Part shown: positions 52,548 through 64,000 of the stretch, piece by piece
Layout of the letters: each line of letters begins with the position of its first letter
Numbering within the stretch: position 1 is the first letter of the stretch
Source: Squalus acanthias
Lineage: Eukaryota
Reading direction: 5' to 3'
Assembly: GCA_030390025.1 (NCBI GenBank)
Contig: CM059431.1
Coordinates: forward strand, 95,482,001 to 95,546,000
DNA length: 64,000 nucleotides
Position numbers and translations under genes: made by a program
The notes under the pieces: generated by a model
The model's input: only the letters and a program-made list of their open reading frames with translations
Databases searched by the model: none
What the model was told of the DNA's origin: nothing

Positions 52548-53212
52548 TAATATGATAGTGTTGTGTTAAAGACTGTCCATAAGATATTTACATGATATAT
52601 TTATTGATCATCTAGATTTTAAAGGAAGTTGATGACATTAATGCATACTTAAAGGCATTATGTATTGAGAAGCTGGGACTGTCACTTTGCAATACTATAA
52701 CTGTATAGAATTGGCATTATAAATGTAAGGCTTGTGGAAAAGATGAATTTACAGGTGCAGTTACTGGACATTATGAGGCCTCAAGCTTCAGGGAGACAGT
52801 GAGCAAGTGGGACAATTGGTATTCCACACTGGATAGTTAGTGGATGATTCACCCAACCAGGTGATTGGTCATAATACCAAGAGCCAGAGACTACACAACA
52901 CAACAAGCCTCAAAGGTTCAGCTCCAGGGACAATCTAAGGTCCAATTGTAATAAGGGGAGATGGGGAATATGTGAATATTGGTCGAGGCCAAAGAATGAA
53001 AGAGCAAATAAAAGATGCAAGCATGAACTGACTGGTTGGTAGGGAGGTTAAAAATTTAGTGTGAACTGAGGAAGGGGGAGCAGAAGAGTGGCAGTATGAA
53101 CTGGAGGGGGTAAAACGAGCTTAGACGGAGGAGTGCCAATATGAACTAGGGTGGGGGACGAAGGATGTTGGTGGGAGATGATTAGAGTAAGAGACATGTG
53201 TGTAGAATCATA

Positions 53213-54836
53213 GGGCTAGAAACTCATTATAGCCAAGGAATGGGCAGTGTTTAGACTAAAAATGGTTAAGTAGCGCCAGGTGAAAATCGTCTAGGCTGCA
53301 CGCAAAATTCGTCCTCGCACCTCATTAAAATGATTACAGCCATGATTCTCGTCTAAAAATCAAAGCTGATTGGCGTTACACTGAAAAGACGGACCAATAT
53401 CGTGTGTAGTCTAAACTCAATTAATGATTGCCATCGGCTTTTCCTTGATGCTGCAGCACTTCATTCTCAGCATTGTTGGATGTGCAGCTGCCTCAGTAAC
53501 CATAAGAAGAAGGATAAGGAGAAGGAACACTTATTTACAAGTCTTGATGGCAGATCGCCACCCCAGGAAGAGAGCCCGGAGGTTTTCCGATGAAGCTTTG
53601 GAGGCATTGGTTTTAGTGATGGAGAGAAGGCCCTTTACCTGCTAACTGGCAGGAGGCCCTCGCCACAAGTCTGCCAGGACTATGTGGAGGGAGGTGACAC
53701 ACCACGTCAGGGGCAGCACTGTGGTCCCCAGGACCCACACCCAGTGCAGGAGGAAGTTTAACGAGCTCACAAGGGTGGTCAGGGTGAGTGAAGGCTTCAA
53801 CAAAAGCTACATACCACCATCTGTACCACAAGCTTCACACACTGCTTAATGCACCACACCCCCAGCACTCACCCAACAACAATCTCTACATAGCAACACT
53901 CACACCCACATCTCACACCTTGCACACAATGACAGCTATTCAACTATGGCAGGCACAAGGGTCATTAATTATTAGAATTCATGTCATATGTGAGATACGT
54001 TTATAGATACATTTATTAGGTGTGTCTGGAATATTTTGTGGTCTCTCTCATTTCACCTTTTTGCCCAGGAGGACACTGTGATACGCCATGAGACAGGGAT
54101 TGTATGATGGCAATGTGCTGAGCTATGGGGATCTGGGGTTTCATTCATGTGAATCGGAGTCTGATGAGCCGATCATGGACAGCCCGTCCAGAAAGGCTGA
54201 TTGTCTTGCTGCCTCCGCCCTCCCTCCTGTTCCTCCTCCTCATCCTTCTCCTCCTCATTCTCCTCCTTCTCATCCTCTTCCTCCTCGTTCTCTTCCTCCT
54301 CATCCTCCTCTGCCTCGTAGTCCTCCTGAGGTAATTCCACAATCCCGCAGCCCCCATGATTGTGAGGAAGTGTTGTGAGCAGAAGCCTTTAACAAATAAT
54401 GAGTGACTTCTGCACTTGAATCAACACTCCTTGTCACCAAAAAAACTTGAAATAACTAAAGAGAGCTGTTTCAGTTGCAGGAAGTAGCAAAGAGGCATTG
54501 AAACTGCAAAACCCTGTCAGGTACAGCTGATTGAGAATGGTGCCTTCTGCTGGTAGATGCCAGCTCTCCCTATCTTTGTTCTGCGCTGCCATTAAGGTAA
54601 GTGGCTAAATCCAGTGTTGGAGATTGGACGTCCAGTGAGCGTTGCACACTCACTGATGTCACGATCTCCATGATGGCGAGGTCCCTGGCAATCGAGTTTA
54701 CCAGCAGCACTACTGGCAACACCGACATGTTGTGTGGTGCTGGAACCGGCATAAGCTGTTGTTACAGCTGTCAACTGTGTTTTACCACCATCTTGTGGTG
54801 TTAACGTGTACCGCAAATGACATGAATTTCAAGCCC
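53213..54836. mobile_element. Harbinger deletion derivative (element C)
   Basis: TIR GGGCTAGAAACTCAT / ATGAATTTCAAGCCC; TSD ATA; Myb exon MADRHPRKRARRFSDEALEAL..QCRRKFNEL on plus; acidic-repeat transposase N-terminal remnant on minus. Confidence 0.85.
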
Positions 54837-55070
54837 ATAGAATCTTACAGCACAGAAGGAGGCTACTAGGACCATTGTGCCTGTGCCAACTCTTTGAAAG
54901 AGCTATACAATTAATCCCACTCCCTCACTCATAGCCCTGCAAATTTTTGTTTTCAAGAATATATCCAATTCCTTTTTGATAGTTACTAATGAATCTGCTT
55001 CCACCACCCTTTCAGGTAGTGTATTCCAGATCGTAACAACTCACTGAGTAAAACAAAAATCTCCTTATCT
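54837..55070 (-). mobile_element. CR1 3' fragment; its tail was split by element C
   Basis: tagaatc[element C]atagaatcttacagcacagaaggaggc. Confidence 0.8.
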
Positions 55071-57616
55071 GTATGAAGGGGATGGGGTAGGGGGAAAAAT
55101 GACTGTTGAGGTAACCATTAGCGAAGTGATGGTCTGGTTGGGAGAAATATATCATTTGTATAAAGTATGTACAATTTTAGATTTGCTTCCTACACACCTG
55201 ATCTTAAATTGTTCATTTTTGAAAAGTCAATGCTTGGGTCATTGAGCCATCTTTATATGATGTATTATTAAAAACAATTTAGATTCTAATATGGAAGTTT
55301 TATGTCTAGTTGCTTGAAGAGAACTGAAAAGCACAGCCAAAGGTGATGGCCTGCTAGAAATGTTTTCACTGATAGAATTCTGAGAAGAAGTTCTGGCTGA
55401 TCGGGGTGTTATAATTCAGGTCAACGTCCTATCACTTTTCAATGATGCTCAAAAGGCAATTCCTATAAGCAGACAAAGTTATGACCATCATTTAACTCTA
55501 CAATTATGGTAGAACGCATGTGGGATGCCCACTACTCTCTCCTGATCAATACGAAAAACAGTCACTACCACACTGTCAGGCCGTTATAAGGACTAAATCT
55601 AATATTCAGATTTATTTACAAGATAATTACACAGAAGCACAAAAACAAAGAAACCGTTGGTACAGATTTTTAGGAAACAAAGACTGAATCAGTCTGTAGG
55701 AATTCTTCAACTTACACAGTCCAATATTCTGCAAAATACTGGAGGAAAGTCCTTTTAAATTACCTGAAACGATATTTGTTGTATTTGTGTTGTGTGATTT
55801 CTGAGCTGGGTCACAGAGTCCATTTCTCATTAGCTATACTGGTGCTATTATGCCAAAAGAAACCATTCATGATCACAGGTGTAAATCTTGAGCCATTAAT
55901 TGTGTTTCTCTCCACATATCCCCTTGATGTTTACAAATAATAATTTGTTGTACTTCCCCCATTAGAAACCTTGCATATATTAACATTTTACAGAAATAAT
56001 GGCCTAAGCATCAAACAGGCTTGACCTAATACACTTCTCAATATACAGTGTTACCAATAAATGAAGCCTGTAGATTCTGATTGAAACTGAAGGAACTTAG
56101 ATTGATCCCTGGGTCGCAGAGACAAAAATTTGAATTACCGCCCATAAGCTTATGGAGAGGTACTGTAGGAGTAATCAACCTTTGGGCCACTATATGGATG
56201 CTGAGTATCTAGACTACTATCATTGATCAAAGAGTTTTCTCAAGGAAATCCCCTGGTAAAACTGTGGTGGAGTGTGTGTGCTCAGCTCGAGAATTAACTT
56301 GACCACTATGGCAGAACATACCTAGGATTGAGGAGTGTGTGCAAAGTCACCAGAAGTTCTGGTTTGACCATAACACAAGGACACGAGACTGCTGCGCCGG
56401 CCACAGAGTGCAAGTTTTACTACTGATGAGGCCAGAAAAATTACAAACTTACATTTAAGATCTTTAGATAGTTGTGAGAAAACACAATGCTACATGATGT
56501 GGACTTTTCACCTACCCAAATAGTACATGGCCAACCTTGATGAATCTTCCTGGTGTTGGCCCTAATTAGATATTCATCATGAGCTCCCAGCATGCAATAG
56601 ATCAATTAGTAGAAGCTCGCAGGGTTGGCGGCAAAAAATCTGGCTCTGCTGCCACAATTTAAAGGGGAGCAGCAACCTTTCAAAGGAATGGTCTTAGATT
56701 AGCAAAATTGATATTATGGAGCAGCATCAAGAAGGAACACTTAGGTTTACAGATGTAGTGGTTGAGTTATTAATGCAAGACATGAGGGAAAGGAGGATTA
56801 CTGAGTTTGGCTCCAGAGCACAAATTGCAGCTGCAACTCATCAATTAACTCTTGGCACACTCACATTGTAAAAGTGTTACACATAATAAATCTTGCCAAA
56901 AAAATGTAGTTGCATGATGAATGTTCATGTACCCACATCCAGGATGTGCTGCACGATGGGTGTCAATTTATGTGTTTCTGACACTTCCAACATCTGAGCA
57001 CTACTTCTCTGTTTGTAGAACAAGGCAATACATAATAGGACGGAACAGACCAAACATGCAGCAGGTGTCTTCATAATATTGAGTGCCTTTCAAGAGGTGA
57101 CCTTAGAAACAAAACAGAGGGAATGAATTAAAGTCGAGGCTGAGACCTCCTCCAAGCTTAGAGCTTGTATCATCCCTCTCGTGTTTTTCTATCTACTCAT
57201 TCAACACTCAGGTATGTAAACCTCCTTGCTGCTCATGGGTGTGTTCCCACATAAGGGATGTCCAGGCACATGGTTGAAATATGTAAGTAATATTTGAAGG
57301 GGTGACATGCAGCCAGCGCGTTCCAACATATTTCTGCTTTTTTTCTGTAGGTATGCCCCAAGAACCAGCTACAGAAGAAGCCAACACATGACAGCACCCA
57401 GCATCACTCACTTCACCCTGTCACAAGTACCAGCACAGACACATCCACCCTGGGGAAATTTAGGTAGTGAGTTTCAGGTGGGAGCCCTATGTGAAGCACT
57501 GAGCATGAGTGAGAAGGAGCAAGTGGAGGAGCAGTAACTTATCTAGGGGGCCTGTTTGCATTGTTCCGCAGCTGCAGAGCCGAAGGATTCAGACATCATG
57601 GTCTGCTTTATAAAAG

Positions 57617-57937
57617 TGAGAAGTCGCACAACACCAGGTTATAGTCCAACAGTTTTATTTGAAATCACAAGCTTTCGGAGCTGCTGCCCCTTCGTCAGGT
57701 GAAGTAAAGGAATACGAATCGGCACAGCATATATAGACAGAGAACAATGCCTGTGTAGCGTACAATGTCAGACGACTACAGTTAATCTTTCTGACTGCCT
57801 TTTATCACACCTCGGCAGAGAAACAATCAGGTCAGGAAGGCATTATATCAAAGACCTAGCAAGATACAGCTAAGACAATGAGGTGGGGTCACAGGGGGTC
57901 TAATGTGTCAAATGCAGTCTGTATGGAAAACCATAAA
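57617..57937 (-). mobile_element. Longest family A Penelope-type insert
   Basis: Direct repeat CTTTATAAAAG at 57606-57616 and 57938-57948. Confidence 0.8.
57665..57702 (-). ncRNA. Minimal type I hammerhead ribozyme motif on the BCL9 sense strand
   Basis: TCAC-CTGACGA-A-GGGGC-AGCA-GCTCC-GAAA-GCTT-GTGA. Confidence 0.78.
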
Positions 57938-58550
57938 CTTTATAAAAGGTTGCTGTTGGAGCATAATCATCTTATGCAGTCATTTGAGAGTCTCCAAAAC
58001 AACCTACAAGGTCTGGCAGAAACTGAGGGGTCCTCCACCCAAACATATACAATACTGCACGATGGCTTATCAGGATTGAAGTCCACCATTGAGTATGTGG
58101 CAACTCCACAGGCTTCTGCAGTGGAGCTCCCACAGTGGGTGTATCTGAGTGCTCATAGTGCTGCTATGGAAGCTTTGTGCTTTAATGTACAGCAGGGTCA
58201 CTTATCCACCTTCCATATGCTGGAATGCAGAGGCAGTGAGCCATTATGCAGGGCTTCACCAAGCTCTTTGCTGCTCCTATGTGGGGGAGCTTCCAGTCCT
58301 ATGGTTGGATGAGTCTGGAGTCTCTTACGGCAACACCAAATATTAGCCATCCAGAATCCACGGCCCCGACACTAATGAAAGCAAGTAAGTCCTTCCAGTC
58401 ACTGCAACATCCGATATGGTGGAACCAACTGCAGAACCATCTCATGGCTCAGCACAGGGAGGTACCACAATCTTGAAGGGCTCCCATAGATAACTAGCTC
58501 CCAAGTAATTCACTTGCTCCCTTCACTGGGGAAGTACCTGGAAGGAGCAC

Positions 58551-59280
58551 AAGAATCATAGAATCATAGAATAGTACAGCACGGATGGAGGCCATTCGGC
58601 CCATCGAGTCTGCACCGGCTCTTTCGAAGAGTAATCCAGTTAGTCCCACTTGCCCCGCTTTTTCCACAAATCCCTGCAATTTTCTCTCCTTCAAGTATTT
58701 AACCAATTCCCTTTTGAAGGCTACTATTGTATCTGTATCCACCATCCTATCAGGCAATCCTAACCACTCATTGCGTAAAAATGTTTTTCCTCATGTCCCC
58801 TTTGGTTCTTTTGTCAATCACTTTAAATCTGTGCCCTCTCGTTATCACACCTTCAGCCACTGGAAACAGTTACTCTTTATTTACTCTAAACTCTTCATGA
58901 TTTTAAATACCTCTATCAAATCTCCTGTTAGCCTCTCTGTTCTAATCAGAACAAGCCCAGCTTCTCCAGTCTATCCACGTAACTGTATTCCCTCATCCCT
59001 GGAACATTCTAGTAAACCTCTTCTGTACTCTCTCCAAAGCCTTCACGTCCTTCCTAAAGTGTGGTGCCCAGAATTGGACACAATACTCCAGCTGGGGCCG
59101 AACTAGTGTTTTAGATAGGTTTAGCATAACTTCTTTTGTACTCACACCTCTATTTATAGAATAGACTAGTACAGCACAGAAGGAGGCCATTCAGCCAATC
59201 GACTGCGCCGGTTCTTTCGAAGAGCAATCCAGTTAGTCCCACTCCCCTGCTCTTCCCTCATATCCCTGCAATTTTTTTTC
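58551..59280 (-). mobile_element. Two CR1 3' fragments
   Basis: agaatcatagaatcatagaa tail; LVRPQLEYCVQFWAP; second tail at 59165-59280. Confidence 0.88.
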
Positions 59281-59281
59281 A

Positions 59282-59750
59282 GACAAAATTTGACACCGAG
59301 CCACATAAGGAGATATTAGGACAGGTGACCAAAAGCTTAGTCAAAGACATAGGTTTTAAGGAGTGACTTAAAGGAGAGAGAGGTGGAGAGGTTTAGGGAG
59401 GGAATTCCAGAGCTTAGAGCCTAGGCAGCTGAAGGCATGGCCGCCAACGGTGGAGCGATGGAAATCGGGGGATGCGCAAGCGGCAAGAATTGGAGAAGCG
59501 CAGAGATCTCAGAGGGTTGTAGGGCTGCAGGAGGTTACGGAGATGGGGGTGGGGCCATGAAGGGATTTGAACACGAGGATGAGAATTTTAAAATCAAAGC
59601 GTTGCTGGACGGGGAGCCAATGTAGGTCAGCGAGCACAGGGGGTGAAGGGTGAACTGGATTTGGTGCAAGTTAGGATACGGGCAGCAGAGGTTTGGATGA
59701 GCTCAGGTTTACAGAGGGTGGAAGGTGGGAGGACGGCCAGGAGAGCAAGG
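59282..59750 (-). mobile_element. L2 LINE 3' fragment, with a second short piece at about 60210-60300
   Basis: Minus strand encodes a GGRAF..KLWNSLPKPL L2-type C-terminal motif. Confidence 0.7.
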
Positions 59751-59830
59751 CGGACACAACAGTGCAGAAAGTGAGTTACACAGAGGCTAATGCTGCCATC
59801 TGAACATCCTGAACCTCAACCCAAGTTAGA

Positions 59831-60210
59831 AGAAAGAATTTGCACTTCTATAGCAACTTTCACCACTTCAGGATGATGCAAAACACCTCACAGCCAATGA
59901 AGTACTTTTTGAAGTGTAATGTAGGAAACTCGGGAGCCAAGTTGCGCACAGCAAAGTCCCACAAACAGCAATGTGATAATGACCAGATAGTCTGTTTTTT
60001 TAGTGATGTTGGTTGAGGGATAAATATTGGCACAGGACCCCGGAGAGAACTCCCCTGCTCTTCTTGAAAATAGTGGCCGTGGGATCTTTTACGTCCACCT
60101 AAGGGGGAAGACGGGGCCTTGATTCAAAGTCTCATCCAAAAGACGGCACTTCTTACAGTGCAGCACTCTCTCAGTACCACACGGCAGTGTCAGCCTGGAA
60201 TATGGACTTA
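59831..60210 (-). mobile_element. Deu-type SINE body
   Basis: Reverse-complement similarity to 47607-47983. Confidence 0.8.
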
Positions 60211-60295
60211 AAAGGAGGAGAGAGCGGCAGAGAGGTTTAGGGAGGGAATTCCAGAGCTTAGTGCCCAGGCATCTGAAGGCACGGCCACCAATGGT

Positions 60296-61745
60296 GGAGT
60301 ACAAAGCCTATGATCCTATATGCTTTATTAACTGCTTTGCTTACCTGTCCTGCCAGCTTCAATGATTTATGCACAAACACCCTCAGGTCTTTCTGTTCTT
60401 GTACCCACCCCCCTCCTTTTAAAATTGTACCATTTAGCTTGTATTGAGAGCTGTGGATGCTCAGTCGTTGAGTATATTCAAGACAGAGGTCGATACATTT
60501 TTGGGAACTAAGGGAATTAAGGGATATAGGGATAGTGGGGGAAGGTGGAGTTGAGGTTGAAGATCAGCCATGATCTTACTGAATGGCGGAGCAGGCTCGA
60601 AGGGCCAAATGGCCTACTCCAGCTCCTATTTCTTATGTTCCTATGTTCTCATTCTTCCTACCGATATGTATCACCATGCAGTTTTCTGCATTGAATTTCA
60701 TCTGCCATGTGTTTGCCCATTCCACCAGCCTGTCTATGTCCTCTTGAAGTGTATTACTATCTTCCCTGTTGTTTACTACACTTCCAAGTTTCGTATCATC
60801 TGCAAATTTTGAAATTGTGCCCTGTACCCCACAAGTCCAAGTCATTAATCTATATCAAAAACAGCAGTGGTTCTAGTACTGAACCCTGGGGAACACTACT
60901 TTGTACCTCCCTCCAGTCTGAAAAACAGCCATTCACCACAGCTTTCTGTTTTCTATGGATTAGCCAATAGATACTGCAACTGCTGCTACTGCCCCTTTTA
61001 TCCCATGGGCTTCAATTTTGCTAACAAGCCTAATATTTGGTACTTTATCAAATACCTTTTGAAAATCCATATACACAATATCAACTGCACTGCCCTCATC
61101 CACCCTCTTAGTTACCTCATCAAAAAACTCAATCAAGTTACCAAACACGACTTGCTCTTAACAAATCTGTGCTGGCTCTCCTTTATTAGTCCATGCTTAT
61201 ACAAGCAACTGTAAATTTTCTCCTGGCTTATTATTTTTAAAAGCTTCCCCACCACTGACGTTAAACTGACTGGCCTGCAATTGTCAGGTTTATCCTTCTC
61301 CCCACTTTTTAGAACAAGGGTGCAACATTTGCAATCATCCAATCCTCTGGCACCAGCCCTGTATCTAAGGAGGATTGGAAGATTGTGGCCAGCACCTCTG
61401 CAATTTCTACCCTTACTTCCCTCAGCAACCTAGGATGCATCCCATCAGGACCGGGTGACTTAAAGTACTGCCAGCCTTTCTAGTTCCTCCTCTGTATCTA
61501 TTTTTTATCTCATCCAGTATCCCGACAACCTCATAGTTTACTGTAGCTTTGGCAAAGTCCTCTTCTTTGGTAAACACTGATGCAAAGTACTCATATAGTA
61601 CCTCAGCCATGCCTTCTGCCTCCACCAATAGATCTCCATTTTGGTCTGTAATTGGCCCCACCACTCCTCTGACAACATTCTCACTATTAATATGCCTGTA
61701 GAAGACCTTCGGATTCCCTTTTATGTTAGCCGCAAATCTATTCCC
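60296..61745 (-). mobile_element. Truncated CR1 with a nested plus-strand CR1 3' end (about 60446-60650)
   Basis: Minus RT ORFs 60633-61664; plus-strand tail cttatgttcctatgttc. Confidence 0.88.
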
Positions 61746-61849
61746 TCAGGTGAATGTCTCATCTATGAGCCATACCCCTAAGGGGCAAGAGCTCTATTTT
61801 ACAAAAAATTGCCATGGGTGACAAAAGTGGTATGGGACAACATAAAACT

Positions 61850-62730
61850 AAGAAAGAAGAAAGCTGCAGACTGCAGGAAGATATCAATGGACTCATCAGG
61901 TGGGCAGAACTGTGGCAAATGGAATTCAATCCGGAGAAATGTGAGGTAATGCATTTGGGGAGGGCTAACAAGACAAGGGAATACACTATAAATGGTAGGA
62001 CACTGAGAAGTGTAGAAGATCAGAGGGACCTTGGAGTGCATGTCTACAGATCCCTGAAGGTAGCAGGACAGGTAGATAAGGTGGTTAAGAAGGCATACGG
62101 GATACTTACCTTTATTAGCCGAGGCATAGAATATAAGACCAGGGAGGTTATGCTTGAACTGTATAAAACACTAGTTAGGCCACAGCTAGAATACTGCGTG
62201 CAGTTCTGGTCACCACATTACAGGAAGGATGTGATTGCACTAGAGGGGGTGTAGAGGAGATTTACGAGGATGTTGCCTGGGCTGGGGAATTTTAGCTATG
62301 AAGAAAAATTGGATAGGCTGGGGATGTTTTCTTTGGAACAGAGGAGGCTGAGGGGAGGCCTAATTGAGGTGTATAAAATTATGAGGGGCCTAGAGTGGAT
62401 AGGAAGGACTTATTTCCCTTAGCAGAAGGGTCAATAATCAGAGGGGATAGATTTAAAGTAATTGGTCGGAAGTTTAGAGGGGATTTGAGGAGAAATGTTT
62501 TCACCTAGAGGGTGGTGGGGGTCTGAAACTCACTGCCTGAAAGGGTAGTAGAGGCAGAGACCCTCATCAGATTTAAAAAGTACTTGGATATGCACTTGAA
62601 GTGCCATAACCTACAAGGCTACGGACCAAGTGCTGGAAAGTGGGATTAGGGTGGATAGCTCTTTGTCGGCTGGCACGGACAAGATCGGCTGAATGGCCCC
62701 CTTCGGTGCTGTAAATTTCTATGATTCTAT
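61850..62730 (+). mobile_element. CR1 3' end
   Basis: ORF 61814-62254 WQMEFNPEKCEV..; tail ctatgattctatg. Confidence 0.92.
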
Positions 62731-62817
62731 GAAAATAAAAAGCATACAAGAATGTAAAAAATAGCACAGATCCTGGCGAATGGGAGAGATACAAAGAACA
62801 GCAAAAGGTAACAAAAT

Positions 62818-64000
62818 AATCCGAAACTAGGGTCCTAAATCTAATCAAAGGAAACTACGAAGGTATGAGGAGTGAGTTGGCTATGATAGATTGGGGAACT
62901 TCATTAAAAGGCATGACGGTGGATAGGCAATGGCTAACATTTAAGGAATTAATGCATAAATTGCAACATATATACATTCCTTTCTGGTGCAAAAACACAA
63001 AAGGTAAAGCGGCCCAACCATGGCTAACAAAAGAAATTAAGCATAGTATTAGATCCAAAGAGGAGTCACAGAAAAAGTAGCAAGCCTGAGGATTGGGAGC
63101 AGTTTAGAGTTCAGCAAAAAAGCACCAAGAGATTGATTAAGAGGGGAAAAATAGAGTATGAGAGTAAACTTTCAAGGAACATAAAAGCGGACTGTAAAAG
63201 CTTCTACAAGTATGTAAAATGAAAAAGATTAGTGAAGACAAATGTAGGTCCCTTACAGTCAGAAACGGGAGAATTTATAATGGGGAACAAGGAAATGGCT
63301 GAGCAATTAAACAAATACTTTGGTTCTGTCTTCACGGAAGAGGACACAAATAACTTCCCAGAAATGCTAGGGAACCAAGGGTCTAGTGAGAAGGAGGAAT
63401 TAAAGGAAATTAGTATTAGTAAAAAAATAGTGCTGGAGAAATTAATGGGACTGAAAGCTGATAAATCCCCAGGGCCTGATAATCTGCATCCCAGAGTACT
63501 AAAAGAGGTTGCCATGGAAATAGTGGATGCATTGGTTGTCATCTTCCAAAATTCTATTGGTTATGGAACAGCTCCTGCAAATTGGAGGGTGGCAAATGTA
63601 ACCCCACTATTTAAAAAAGGAGGGAGAGAGAAAACAGGGAACTACAGACTATAGTCCTATAGCCTAACATCAGTAGTAGGGAAAATACTAGAGTCTATTA
63701 TAAAGGATGTGATAACAGGACACTTAGAAAATATCAACGGGATTAGACAAAGTCAACATGGATTTATGAATGGGAAATTGTGTTTGACAAACCTACTGGA
63801 GTTTTTTGAGGATGTAACTGTTAGAATAGATAAGGGATAACCAGTGGATGTGGTGTATTTGGATTTTCAGAAGGCCTTTGATAAAGTCCCACATAAGAGG
63901 TTAGTGTGCAAAATTAAAGCAGATGGGATTGGGGGTAATATACTGGCATGGATTGAAAATTGGTTAACAGACAGGAAACAGAGAGTAGGAATAAATGGGT
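62818..64000 (+). mobile_element. CR1 ORF2 fragment running off the window end
   Basis: KSPGPDNLHPRVLKE..NYR. Confidence 0.93.

Larger units (their letters stand above)
56560..58550 (+). mobile_element. Highly decayed Harbinger Myb-gene remnant
   Basis: MEQHQEGTLRFTDVVVELL at about 56717; segments resemble exon 3 of elements A and B. Confidence 0.4.

Noticed and set aside
54088..54378. Pro-rich ORF as a BCL9 exon
   Set aside because: Wrong strand and low complexity; lies inside Harbinger element C.
55640..55690. Two AACAAAG TCF/SOX-like sites as Wnt feedback
   Set aside because: Short motifs expected by chance in AT-rich DNA; no other support.
63792..64000. Window end resembles window start (circularity or duplication)
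   Set aside because: Same CR1 subfamily with several mismatches; independent copies.
5309..64000. Antisense orientation bias of CR1s
   Set aside because: Roughly 10 plus versus 7 minus copies; too weak to claim.

Overview
Eukaryotic vertebrate DNA. The CR1/HER1-type LINEs, HE1-type V-SINE and Deu-type SINEs point to a cartilaginous fish (inference). The only host gene is BCL9 on the minus strand: penultimate coding exon 16271-16522, terminal coding exon 4167-5308 and a 3' UTR to about 3170. No further BCL9 exon is recognisable upstream, so 16523-64000 appears to be a single intron of more than 47 kb. It is filled with decayed and nested CR1 LINEs, L2 fragments, SINEs and a PIF/Harbinger system: one near-complete two-gene element, several deletion derivatives and three MITE groups. 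The least expected features are (1) two families of short, TSD-flanked, Penelope-type inserts that carry minimal hammerhead ribozyme motifs with palindromic stem III, and (2) a roughly 140-bp retroposed chimera of a complete tRNA-Ile and a CR1 3' tail. Coordinates were read by eye and TE boundaries are approximate.
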